This document shows positions 28,904 through 38,620 of a DNA stretch of 64,000 nt, one piece after another. Location: the NCBI GenBank assembly GCA_040285825.1, contig JAUPSS010000011.1, forward strand, positions 693,658 to 757,657, written 5' to 3'. This DNA is from Eukaryota sp. TZLM1-RC. Lineage: Eukaryota; Protista; Metamonada: BaSk clade. Each line of letters opens with the position of its first letter. The stretch's first letter is position 1. Both the position numbers and the translations under genes were made by a program. The notes beneath the pieces were generated by a model. The model did no database searches, was not told the DNA's origin, and was given only the letters and a program-made list of their open reading frames with translations.

Positions 28904-29491
28904 TTATGATATTAAAATGTCAGGAGCGTCCTCACTTCCTGTATATATTGGTGGTGCAGCAGGACTCCAATCAGTAGAACTTGTGCTGTGGGAAGGCAAA
29001 ACGAGAGGTTCTTCATAAGCTAGTTGGATTACGAGATACGTCTTTTGCTTTCCAACATCCAACTTAAAAAAGAGCCCTCGATCCTGTACACTGGGATTAA
29101 TGGTTGTTCTGATCCATTCCAAGGTATCTACTGCTGCTTGTTTGGATGCCTTATTTTGCAAGATAATGCTCAAAACAAAAAAAACAACGCCCAAGACAGC
29201 AAAAAAACATATCAAAGTTATAAAAATCCACTCGTCCTGCACGTCGATCATCGAATAGTTACCGTCAAAATACAAACCGACAGACATGGCTGCAACAAAA
29301 GAAAGAAGAGTGCATAAAAAAGAACACACAGCCTTCCACGATGTCTTACGTAGGCGCTTGGCAAGTTCCAGATCAAGATCATCCCATTCGCGCAAAGAGT
29401 AGACGTCTTCAATCATCGAAGGGCGTTTCTCATCAATAACACGTATGTTTCCTTTTGGTTTGAGCTCAAATTCACACTGACGGAAAGTCAT
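28904..29491 (-). CDS. 195-aa membrane protein (two hydrophobic helices, C-terminal PPIY motif); weak resemblance to the Erf4/Golga7 family
   Basis: Intact ATG-TAA ORF; hydrophobic stretches AVCSFLCTLLSFVAAMSVGLYF and WIFITLICFFAVLGVVFFVLSIIL; intact in both arms. Confidence 0.75.
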   Translation of the reverse strand: MTFRQCEFELKPKGNIRVIDEKRPSMIEDVYSLREWDDLDLELAKRLRKTSWKAVCSFLCTLLSFVAAMSVGLYFDGNYSMIDVQDEWIFITLICFFAVLGVVFFVLSIILQNKASKQAAVDTLEWIRTTINPSVQDRGLFFKLDVGKQKTYLVIQLAYEEPLVLPSHSTSSTDWSPAAPPIYTGSEDAPDILIS

Positions 29492-29578
29492 GAGTCTAGG
29501 AATAAGTTTTGAGAAGTATGAATTTCACTATTTTTTAAGCTGAATTTGAAACTCATTTTCCCCCAAAACTACCCCAAA

Positions 29579-29836
29579 ATGGAACCTCTCAACATCTCTC
29601 TAAACTTCAATGAACTAACAATGACTTTGGCTTTCCTTGCAGACAAACTATTGGTCCACAACTTGACACCCTCTAAAGTTACCAAGAAGTGGCGAGCACT
29701 CTGACTTCTCTTGCAAACAAACTTGTGCTCCACAATTGCTAAGACTTTGCACATCACAAAGGACGCTGAAATAACCAATTTGATCAGATCGTTGTTATTA
29801 TTAGCTCCAATTCCTACCGTTTTGGACACAATTTGA
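29579..29836 (+). pseudogene. Divergently oriented gene remnant (MEPLNISLNF...), in-frame TGA at 29702
   Basis: ATG 87 bp from the 195-aa gene ATG, preceded by TCATTTTCCCCC; a leucine-rich frame continues past the TGA to 29836. Confidence 0.4.
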
Positions 29837-30291
29837 AATTAATTTCTGATTCACTTTGTTCTTTTGGTAATTTTTCTGCATCTTTAGTAATTAACTGTTT
29901 CGATGTAGGAGAGGCAGGTTTTGAGGACCTGGAGCTTTAGTTTTGTATTTGACAATTTTTCATTTAATAGTTGATAAATAAATAAATTTTTCCAAAAAAA
30001 TAGAAAACAACACAATGTTTGTTCGTTAACAGCAATTACTAAGTTGTCAGCACAGTGAATGTGGCATCTACTAGAACAAAGAAACCAATAGTGCAGTTAC
30101 CATCAATTACCATAAGTAATTACTGGATTATTAGACTTACGTAATCTTAAGCGTTGATTCAAAATTCAAAATATTTTAGTTCAATTCTTGTAAAAAAATC
30201 ACTTTAGTTTTATAAATTGTTTTTTAATATATCAATTTTATTAAAAACCTATAAATCAACGTGTAAATAATCCATCTCTCCTACGGCATCA

Positions 30292-31058
30292 TTATTGCTG
30301 AATTTGATATTGAAAAACACATCCAATTTTTTATTTTAAAAATTTATTATTCTGGTAAATTCACTCATATTTTAAGATCAACTCCTCCTTCAGTCCTCCT
30401 TTGTCTCTTGATTTTTGTAGATCTTTCAACAAACTTCGGGTCAAATTTATTTCTTCATTTGTGGAAGTAAATGAATCTTTAATTCGAAGTCATGTTTTTT
30501 GTTCTGCTGAATCAATGGGAATTGGTTTAAATATAATCTTCGATTTTATGTAAAGCAGCTTTTTTAGGAGGTGGAAAAAATTTTGTTTTTTGAATTTTTC
30601 CAAAGGTTTCCTTATGATGTTCATATGATCCATAGTGAATCTAATTTTTATTTGAATCAACTTCAAATTGAATTAGATAATTTGCCTAGTGATATCTGGA
30701 TTCAGTGTTTTCCTCAAAATATTCAAGAAATTCCCACCCGATCTCTTCCAAATTTACGTTTTTGCTTGAAAAAGCTTCAGTACCATCTGGTTAAATTATA
30801 TGAGGGCTTGGATCATGAAGTAAGACTTGGCTTGGCCAAAACTAAAAATCCCGCTTGCGTTAATTTTTTAAAGGATATTCGTGATAGCTCAGCTGCTGCT
30901 TTAGTAACTCAAATTCCCTCAGTTTATGGTCTTTTGTTAAAAAACAATGAATGGCTTTTAAACATGCGTTTTCGTTGTTTTCTGTGGCCAAACAATTTGC
31001 CGAATCATTTAACTTGTAAATGTGGTAAGCCTCTTTTGTTTACTCATCTCTTGAACTG
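30292..31058 (+). pseudogene. Retrotransposon internal fragment, family E (sister of family A), degenerate
   Basis: FDIEKHIQFFILK, THILRS, CFPQNIQEIP, MRFRCFLWPNNLPNHLTCKC..HLLN align by eye with family A (42050-42800). Confidence 0.85.
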
Positions 31059-32272
31059 GTTTCGTAGGGTTTCGGCCAGCCAAAGTCTAGTATCACGTTA
31101 CCTTCTTTCTTGCAGTATTCGCGTGCTTTTTTAGGGGCCTTCATTGGATCAGTATGGCAACCTCTTAATATTTCCCAGTTATTCATTTCAGCCAAAGTGA
31201 TTCCTTCACCCAATAGTTTAAAACATCCTTGTAGGTGAGGAGTTCCGTTATCTCCTACTTCTTTTCCTATTGTGGCGCATTCGCAACTTAAGTTTAGTTC
31301 GGCGTGGAGTCTTCGGCAGTCTTCTTCTGTGTGCAGTCTTTCTTCTGCTTCTTTTTGTTTTTTTTCTTGATATTCTTGTTCTTTTAATTCTGTTTGAATT
31401 GCTGATCCTGCTTTAGACATGTGTTGCATTTTTTTTCTCAAGTCTTTTGGTAACTGTGCTTGTCCAATTGCACTTTGTTGTTGCATTTCTTGTTCTTCCT
31501 CTGCAGGTTCCATTGCCCGTACATCTCCTTCCAATTGTGGCAGTACACTTGCTGACAAGTGTTTCTTAATTATTTCATCAGTTCCTAATTCATAAATTTC
31601 ATGTTGTAATTTTCGCTGAATTTCCTTTTCAATGAACCATAATGGAACTTCATCTTCCATATCCATAATGCATGCACACCACATGCATTCCAAGCTTTCT
31701 TCGTATGCATATTTATCTTCTTTTAAATTCAGAAATCCCATTTCACTTCCAAGTGTTCCTTCATTATTTTCACCTTGTTGTTCTTCATCAGCTATTGGTG
31801 GTACTCTTAAGTAAATGTGTCCAGGTCTAGCATTGGTGCTTATAGCATCCCATAAATCCTTAATATCTTCACTTAAATCGTTAAAATTTACATAAAGATA
31901 ATGTTTTTTTCTGTACCTAACTTCATTATTTGATAGTTTGACGGGTCTCTTAGGGCAGCATTTGTCACACATTACTCTTGGACCTACGAATGTTTCGTTT
32001 TTGTTCATCCATACCCTTGCATCACCGCGGTGGTCTAAGTTATCTCTTTCTTCCAGTGCAGCCAAGAGAACGTTTTTGCCCTCGTTTGAAGTTGAGGCCC
32101 AGAAGTTTTTTCCAGATCTTCTATTAGTTTTTCTTGAAAAACTTGAGGATAATCGTTTTAGTCCAGCTTTCATGACTTTGTCTTTGCGTCTTGCTATATG
32201 TGGAGGGATGGCCGACTGGGCAGCCCGAGGAAGTTTTAATGACAATTTCTTCAGTTTTTTGAGCGGAGACAT
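31040..32272 (-). CDS. 410-aa ORF: basic N-terminus, two CxxC pairs, coiled coil, C-terminal CRESS/circovirus-type HUH Rep endonuclease fragment (motifs II and III)
   Basis: IGKEVGDNGTPHLQG (motif II) and AREYCKKEG (motif III) at about 31095-31275; motif I and a C-terminal SF3 helicase are absent; the last codons read into antisense family E. Confidence 0.8.
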   Translation of the reverse strand: MSPLKKLKKLSLKLPRAAQSAIPPHIARRKDKVMKAGLKRLSSSFSRKTNRRSGKNFWASTSNEGKNVLLAALEERDNLDHRGDARVWMNKNETFVGPRVMCDKCCPKRPVKLSNNEVRYRKKHYLYVNFNDLSEDIKDLWDAISTNARPGHIYLRVPPIADEEQQGENNEGTLGSEMGFLNLKEDKYAYEESLECMWCACIMDMEDEVPLWFIEKEIQRKLQHEIYELGTDEIIKKHLSASVLPQLEGDVRAMEPAEEEQEMQQQSAIGQAQLPKDLRKKMQHMSKAGSAIQTELKEQEYQEKKQKEAEERLHTEEDCRRLHAELNLSCECATIGKEVGDNGTPHLQGCFKLLGEGITLAEMNNWEILRGCHTDPMKAPKKAREYCKKEGNVILDFGWPKPYETSSRDE

Positions 32273-32490
32273 GCGGTCAAAATTATGAAACTATTTTTTT
32301 GAAAAAAATATTGCAAGGCATTAGCCTTGCTAGGTTTATGTTTTTAGTTGTTCATGAATGTGTCAAGAGGGATATTTGCAGCTGTGAGATTGGGGGCGGA
32401 CGTAGTCTAGTGGTGTTCAGTTGATGCTTCTTATAGATTTCAAAGGTTCACTGCTTGCCTCGTTCGTTCAATCATTTTCTGTAGTTTTTC

Positions 32491-32586
32491 GGTTAGGGTT
32501 AGGGTTTTGGATAGGGTTAGGTTAGGGTTATGGTTTTGGATAGGGTTAGGTTAGGGTTAGGGTGAGCGAAGCGATCCGGGTTAGGG
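32491..32586 (+). repeat. Telomere-like TTAGGG-rich tract (29-bp unit x ~2.5 plus one GGGTTAGGG)
   Basis: GGTTAGGGTTAGGGTTTTGGATAGGGTTA at 32491, a one-base variant at 32520, a partial copy at 32549. Confidence 0.9.
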
Positions 32587-32590
32587 AGTT

Positions 32591-33705
32591 GTCCTAAATT
32601 TGGTGGAGTTGGTTTTTCAAAAGCAGAGTATTTATGCAAAAGTGCTTTTATTGGTGGTATGAAAAATTTTCTTTTTGAATGGAAACTTCGTTTTGATCAT
32701 ATTCCTTTAAATGAATCACATCCTTTATTAATTTCTCTTGAAAAAATGGTGCAAGAACTACCTGTTGATATTTGGAATAGGAGTTTTCCTTCAAGTTTGC
32801 CTGCTGTGCCTTCGAGATCTTTCACCAACCTTCATCTTGCTGTTGTGAAATTACAGAAGTCTGTTCTTATTGGTTTTGAAGACCTGGATTTTTCTAAACG
32901 ACTTAGTGTGACTAAGATTAATAATCCCGTCTTTGCTGCCTTTTTATCAGACACTCAGAACTGTACTAGTTTAATATCTCAGCAACCAAGGCCATTTGGT
33001 CTTCACTTAACAAATGAAGCTTGGAAACAAAACATGCGGTTGAGATTAGGGATGTATCCAAGTGGTCTTTTGGACAATTCTTATTGTATTTGTAACAAAA
33101 AAACCTACTGCCAATTTTCGTCATATTGTGAGCTGTAAGAAATTTCTCCAATATAGGTCAGTTCTTCATAATGCCGTTCGTGATGTGACATATGAGATGT
33201 TCAAGTGTTACAATTTTAGTTGCAAAGTAGAACCTTTGTTGAAGCATTATAGTGATGATAATCTTTTTAATTCACGTCGAGGTGATTTAATTGCTCCTTT
33301 TGTGGATTCCTCTCAAGTTGTTGTTGATTTCACTACAGTTGATCCCTTTGCTTTTGTTTATCGCGATGATGTTTTACTTAGTACTAATGGTCATTTAAAC
33401 AAGGCTGAAGATCGTAAGAGAGATAAATATACTGAGATATTAAATGATTTAAATAAGAACCTTTATTCGAAGTTTTCGTTTGTTCCTTTTGCCTTTTCGA
33501 TTTTTGGCAACATTGGTCAATCCGCCTTGAATTTCATCAATGATTTTGGTAATTTATGTCGTTCAAGTGGGCAGAGAATTTATGGAAAAATCGTATCATT
33601 TTCGCTTTGTACAGAAGTGTTCCCAAGTACTTGAGTTTAATGATGTCTAAACTTTATAAGGATTCATCAAGAGTTGGCGTGGAGAATTTAGTTTCTTATC
33701 TGTTT
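32591..33705 (+). mobile_element. Family C retrotransposon, 3' fragment (Zn knuckle + RLE)
   Basis: Near identical to 60563-61687; HNAVRD, EP, RGD..D motifs; one homopolymer frameshift near 33100. Confidence 0.92.
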
Positions 33706-35168
33706 AAAATGTTGTAAACCGTGTTGTAAAAGAGACAAAGGGCCAATAAGTGATAAATCATCTGCATAAGCACATATATGAATGTCAGGAAAATCCGACT
33801 TAAATTTTACCAAAACTGATCGCAGTGCTAAGCAAAAGAAAAATGGACCCAATGGATCCCCTTGTTTGACGCCTTTTGACGAAACAATATTCTCAGAATG
33901 AAAAATTAAGTTAGAGGGTGATCCATACATCAATTTAAAATACGGCAAAAGTGGAAAATAGTGTAGTTCAAGTTCTTGCAAAATACTGGAGCGAAGAAGG
34001 GAGTTGAAAGCATTTTTAAAATCAATGTTCAATAAATAAATTTCGCCTTTTTGATTGGAAAGTAAATCTGTACACAACGCAGCACATGTTGTGCCATCAG
34101 GAATTCCGATAGCAAACTGATAAGGACGAAAAAAATTAATTGCGGATGACTTAACTCTTTGAAAAGAAATAATTGCTAATAATCTCGTTATGGACTCACC
34201 AACAGCAATAGGTCTGACACCATCTCCAGGCTTATTTAAAGCAACTAAACGAGATGCCATTAACGCTTGTGGTAACTTGAAACGTCCCATGATGACACTA
34301 TTAAAAAAGAAAACTAAATCATCCACGATTTCTGGACATATGTTGACTGCGGACTTCAAATGATCATAACTAAGTCCAGAAGGCCCAGCAGAACGACCAG
34401 ACGGAAGTCCTTTAATAGCTACACTAACTTCATCACAAGTGATAGGATTAGCAGTGAAGAAATCACGTTCATTATCAGAGACAATGTGATTTATGGTGAA
34501 GTCTTCAGGTAGATGAAGAGAATTTAAAGAATCCAATGTTTCATCATTGAAGGCAGCAGGAGAAGAACCAGCCAATAATTTAAGTGCTGAAGAGTATTGT
34601 GAACGAAGAATCAAAGACTCAAAGCGTTTTTTGACATTTTTAGATTGTGGAACCGACTTCTTATATTTAGATTTCTTGTGTGAAGACATAGCCTTAGAAA
34701 GAAAAAATTTCCAAAAAATCGAAGGATTCCAAATGCCCTTTCGAAGAGAGAAGGTTAAAGATCAAATAACTGTTGCAAGAGAAGACGAATAAGCAGGAGA
34801 AACGAATTGAGGGATTGCAAATGGAGGTCTACAAGGATCAATTGGCGTGCAAGAATCACAAACCAAAAGAGGTCGACCCAAAACATTGAATCCAGAAACT
34901 GGAGAACAACAGAACAAACATGATTTTGTATTACTACTGACTCAAGACGAATGAAGTATATGCGGAGGCTCAATAGACTCAATAGGTGAAGATAATGATG
35001 CCAAAACAGCTTCATCTGACAAAACTTTTCGCCGAGGACATGTTGTTTTTGTGTGACCAACAGTTTTGCACAAAGAACAGGTAGTCACAGAATTCTTAGG
35101 GCGTCCTCTAGAAGGTTTTGAAGTAACTGACTTCGGAGGCATAGATAAGCATGGAGGGAGAAAAAAAA
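33706..35168 (-). mobile_element. Family C retrotransposon, 5' fragment incl. apparent 5' end (AT-hook, CCHC knuckle, C4 finger, RT to YADD)
   Basis: ATG at 35142: MPPKSVTSKPSRGRPK..CSLCKTVGHTKTTC; RPIAVGE, DFKNAFNS, GVKQGDPLGP, AYADD; near identical to 58890-60140. Confidence 0.92.
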
Positions 35169-35313
35169 TGTTTTAAACTATTGGGTGAAGGAATCACTTT
35201 GGCTGGAATGAATAACTGGGAAATATTAAGAGGTTGCCATACTGAACCAATGAAGGCCCCTAAAAAAGCACGCGAATACTGCAAGAAAGAAGGTAACGTG
35301 ATACTAGACTTTG
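35168..35313 (+). pseudogene. Second, shorter copy of the HUH Rep fragment (motif III only)
   Basis: CFKLLGEGITL...AREYCKKEGNVILDF, the reverse complement of ~31080-31226. Confidence 0.85.
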
Positions 35314-36012
35314 ACCACAGAAAACAACGAAAACGCATGTTTAGAAGCTATTCATTGTTTTTTAACAAAAGTCCATAAACAAGAGGGAATTTGAGTTACT
35401 AAAGCAGCAGCTGAGCTATCACGAATATCCTTTAAATAATTACCGCAAGCGGGATTTTTAGTTTTGGCCAAGCCAAGTCTTACTTCATGATCCAAGCCCT
35501 CATATAATTTAACCAGATGGTACTGAAGCTTTTTCAAGCAAAAACGTAAAATTGGAAGAGATCGGGTGGGAATTTCTTGAATATTTTGAGGAAAACACTG
35601 AATCCAGATATCACTAGGCAAATTATCTAATTCAATTTGAAGTTGATTCAAATAAAAATTAGATTCACTATGGATCATATGAACATCATAAGGAAACCTT
35701 TGGAAAAATTCAAAAAACAAAATTTTTTCCACCTCCTAAAAAAGCTGCTTTACATAAAATCGAAGATTATATTTAAACCAATTCCCATTGATTCAGCAGA
35801 ACAAAAAACATGACTTCGAATTAAAGATTCATTTACTTCCACAAATGAAGAAATAAATTTGACCCGAAGTTTGTTGAAAGATCTACAAAAATCAAGAGAC
35901 AAAGGAGGACTGAAGGAGGAGTTGATCTTAAAATATGAGTGAATTTACCAGAATAATAAATTTTTAAAATAAAAAATTGGATGTGTTTTTCAATATCAAA
36001 TTCAGCAATAAT
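35310..36012 (-). pseudogene. Family E retrotransposon fragment, right-arm copy
   Basis: Reverse complement of ~30292-30990. Confidence 0.85.
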
Positions 36013-36466
36013 GATGCCGTAGGAGAGATGGATTATTTACATGTTGATTTATAGGTTTTTAATAAAATTGATATATTAAAAAACAATTTATAAAACTAAA
36101 GTGATTTTTTTACAAGAATTGAACTAAAATATTTTGAATTTTGAATCAACGCTTAAGATTACGTAACTCTAATAATCCAGTAATTACTTATGGTAATTGA
36201 TGGTAACTGCACTATTGGTTTCTTTGTTCTAGTAGATGCCACATTCACTGTGCTGACAACTTAGTAATTGCTGTCAACGAACAAACATTGTGTTGTTTTC
36301 TATTTTTTTGGAAAAATTTATTTATTTATCAACTATTAAATGAAAAATTGTCAAATACAAAACTAAAGCTCCAGGTCCTCAAAACCTGCCTCTCCTACAT
36401 CGAAACAGTTAATTACTAAAGATGCAGAAAAATTACCAAAAGAACAAAGTGAATCAGAAATTAATT

Positions 36467-36724
36467 TCAAATTGTGTCCAAAACGGTAGGAATTGGAGCT
36501 AATAATAACAACGATCTGATCAAATTGGTTATTTCAGCGTCCTTTGTGATGTGCAAAGTCTTAGCAATTGTGGAGCACAAGTTTGTTTACAAGAGAAGTC
36601 AGAGTGCTCGCCACTTCTTGGTAACTTTAGAGGGTGTCAAGTTGTGGACCAATAGTTTGTCTGCAAGGAAAGCCAAAGTCATTGTTAGTTCATTGAAGTT
36701 TAGAGAGATGTTGAGAGGTTCCAT
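36467..36724 (-). pseudogene. Right-arm copy of the divergent gene remnant, with an extra stop
   Basis: Mirror of 29579-29836; same TGA plus a CAA>TAA change. Confidence 0.35.
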
Positions 36725-36811
36725 TTTGGGGTAGTTTTGGGGGAAAATGAGTTTCAAATTCAGCTTAAAAAATAGTGAAATTCATACTTCTCAAAACTTA
36801 TTCCTAGACTC

Positions 36812-37399
36812 ATGACTTTCCGTCAGTGTGAATTTGAGCTCAAACCAAAAGGAAACATACGTGTTATTGATGAGAAACGCCCTTCGATGATTGAAGACGT
36901 CTACTCTTTGCGCGAATGGGATGATCTTGATCTGGAACTTGCCAAGCGCCTACGTAAGACATCGTGGAAGGCTGTGTGTTCTTTTTTATGCACTGTTCTC
37001 TCTTTTGTTGCAGCCATGTCTGTCGGTTTGTATTTTGACGGTAACTATTCGATGATCGACGTGCAGGACGAGTGGATTTTTATAACTTTGATATGTTTTT
37101 TTGCTGTCTTGTGCGTTGTTTTTTTTGTTTTGAGCATTGTCTTGCAAAATAAGGCATCCAAACAAGCAGCAGTAGATACCTTGGAATGGATCAGAACAAC
37201 CATTAATCCCAGTGTACAGGATCGAGGGCTCTTTTTTAAGTTGGATGTTGGAAAGCAAAAGACGTATCTCGTAATCCAACTAGCTTATGAAGAACCTCTC
37301 GTTTTGCCTTCCCACAGCACAAGTTCTACTGATTGGAGTCCTGCTGCACCACCAATATATACAGGAAGTGAGGACGCTCCTGACATTTTAATATCATAA
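36812..37399 (+). CDS. 195-aa membrane protein, second intact copy (3 aa differences)
   Basis: ORF track; L>V, G>C and I>V relative to 28904-29491. Confidence 0.75.
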   Translation: MTFRQCEFELKPKGNIRVIDEKRPSMIEDVYSLREWDDLDLELAKRLRKTSWKAVCSFLCTVLSFVAAMSVGLYFDGNYSMIDVQDEWIFITLICFFAVLCVVFFVLSIVLQNKASKQAAVDTLEWIRTTINPSVQDRGLFFKLDVGKQKTYLVIQLAYEEPLVLPSHSTSSTDWSPAAPPIYTGSEDAPDILIS

Positions 37400-37762
37400 G
37401 ATTTATACATTCTGTCGGCTTTTGCAATAAAACCAGAGAAATATAAATGATAAGAGCCCACAGATAAAACATCAACAGTAGTAGTTTCGAATAAGAAGTA
37501 CATTCTCAGCATCACACGAAACTGACACAAATTGGTGCAAAGGACAATGCATATGGGGAAAGTAGACACCAAGATGTCCCCATTTTCTCTTCTTGGTTTT
37601 CAAAGATAAGATCTGAACAATCAATAGCCAAAAATAAAAAAATTTTGATATTGAACGTTGTAATTCTAGATGAAAGTTCTCCAGTTTTCAAAAATAGCAT
37701 CAAACTAGAAATGGACAAAAAACCAAACTAGAAGCACTTGAACTAGAAGCTGACGCACCTGA

Positions 37763-38071
37763 AGTCCTTCAACATCCCCCTGTTTTTGCAGAAGTCGCTC
37801 CTATGTTATATTCTGCCCACTCACGTTTAGTTATGAAAACTAATTCTATTTCCTAATGTTTGGGTGTAAAGCAGGGTTGATCTAATGGGTCCATTCCTAT
37901 TTTGTCTTTTCCTGCATCCAATTTTTTTTATTTTAAGTCACAATTTCCAGAAATTGAAATTTTAACATATATGGACGATGTTTTCTTAATAAGTGCTTTT
38001 CGAATAGTTCAAGAAGCAACAAATTTGTTTGGAATCTTACCGTATCGCATTGGTCGTGAACTTAATCCATC
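37763..38071 (+). pseudogene. Degenerate RT fragment (family D), right-arm copy
   Basis: GVKQG and TYMDD; mirror of 28232-28540. Confidence 0.75.
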
Positions 38072-38620
38072 GTTTCGTATATTGACCAATGGTTGTTTAT
38101 TACAATCATTGGTCAAATCTTTAAAGTCCATTTTGGGACAATTAATATAACAATTGTGGTGTTAAAGTCCGTGCTATGGTCATTTGATTAGTCATTGGTA
38201 TGATTGGTTGAATGGTCATTGGTATGATTAGATGAGTTGCATGTAGTCCTTATGTACTAGATGTGATCAACTTGTGATCAAACTTTGTGTGAAATTGTGT
38301 GTGAGTAATGTTGGCTATGTGTTACTTGATCAGTACAAACTCATGATTACATTTTCAATTGATTTTGTATATATTTGAATTAATTGAGTTTATTAATTTT
38401 TAAATTGTAAAAACAGTAAAAAAACAAAAAGTATACAATTGAATGTTGTAAGCTAATAAATCCATTGCTGTAAGTGTATGAGTATCGTTTTTGATACCAT
38501 TTACTTTTATTGAAAATTAAGAAGAAACTACATGAATAGTAAAAATTTACTGAGGCTCATATGAAGTTCCTAGTTTCGTATATTGACCAATGGTTGTTTA
38601 TTACAATCATTGGTCAAATC
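38072..38620 (-). repeat. ~461 bp satellite, ~1.1 copies, inverted
   Basis: Reverse complement of the satellite unit, with a 46-bp extra segment near 38500. Confidence 0.92.

Larger units (their letters stand above)
28232..38071. repeat. Large inverted duplication: arms ~28232-31226 and ~35168-38071 around a ~3.9 kb spacer
   Basis: Mirror-image ORFs (195, 86, 97, 95, 82, 68 aa) on opposite strands with only a few substitutions; satellite continues beyond both arms in opposite orientations. Confidence 0.95.

Noticed and set aside
29569-29829. 86-aa ORF MSKTVGIG... (and its mirror at 36474)
   Set aside because: GTG start; the opposite strand has an ATG, an initiator-like motif and a more protein-like frame
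31088-31096. TAGTATCAC as a CRESS nonanucleotide origin
   Set aside because: One mismatch to TAGTATTAC, lies inside Rep codons (VILD) and has no flanking stem
32313-32335. Helitron 3' end (hairpin + CTAG)
   Set aside because: The CTAG overlaps the stem rather than following it, and the Rep motifs are CRESS-type with no PIF1 helicase
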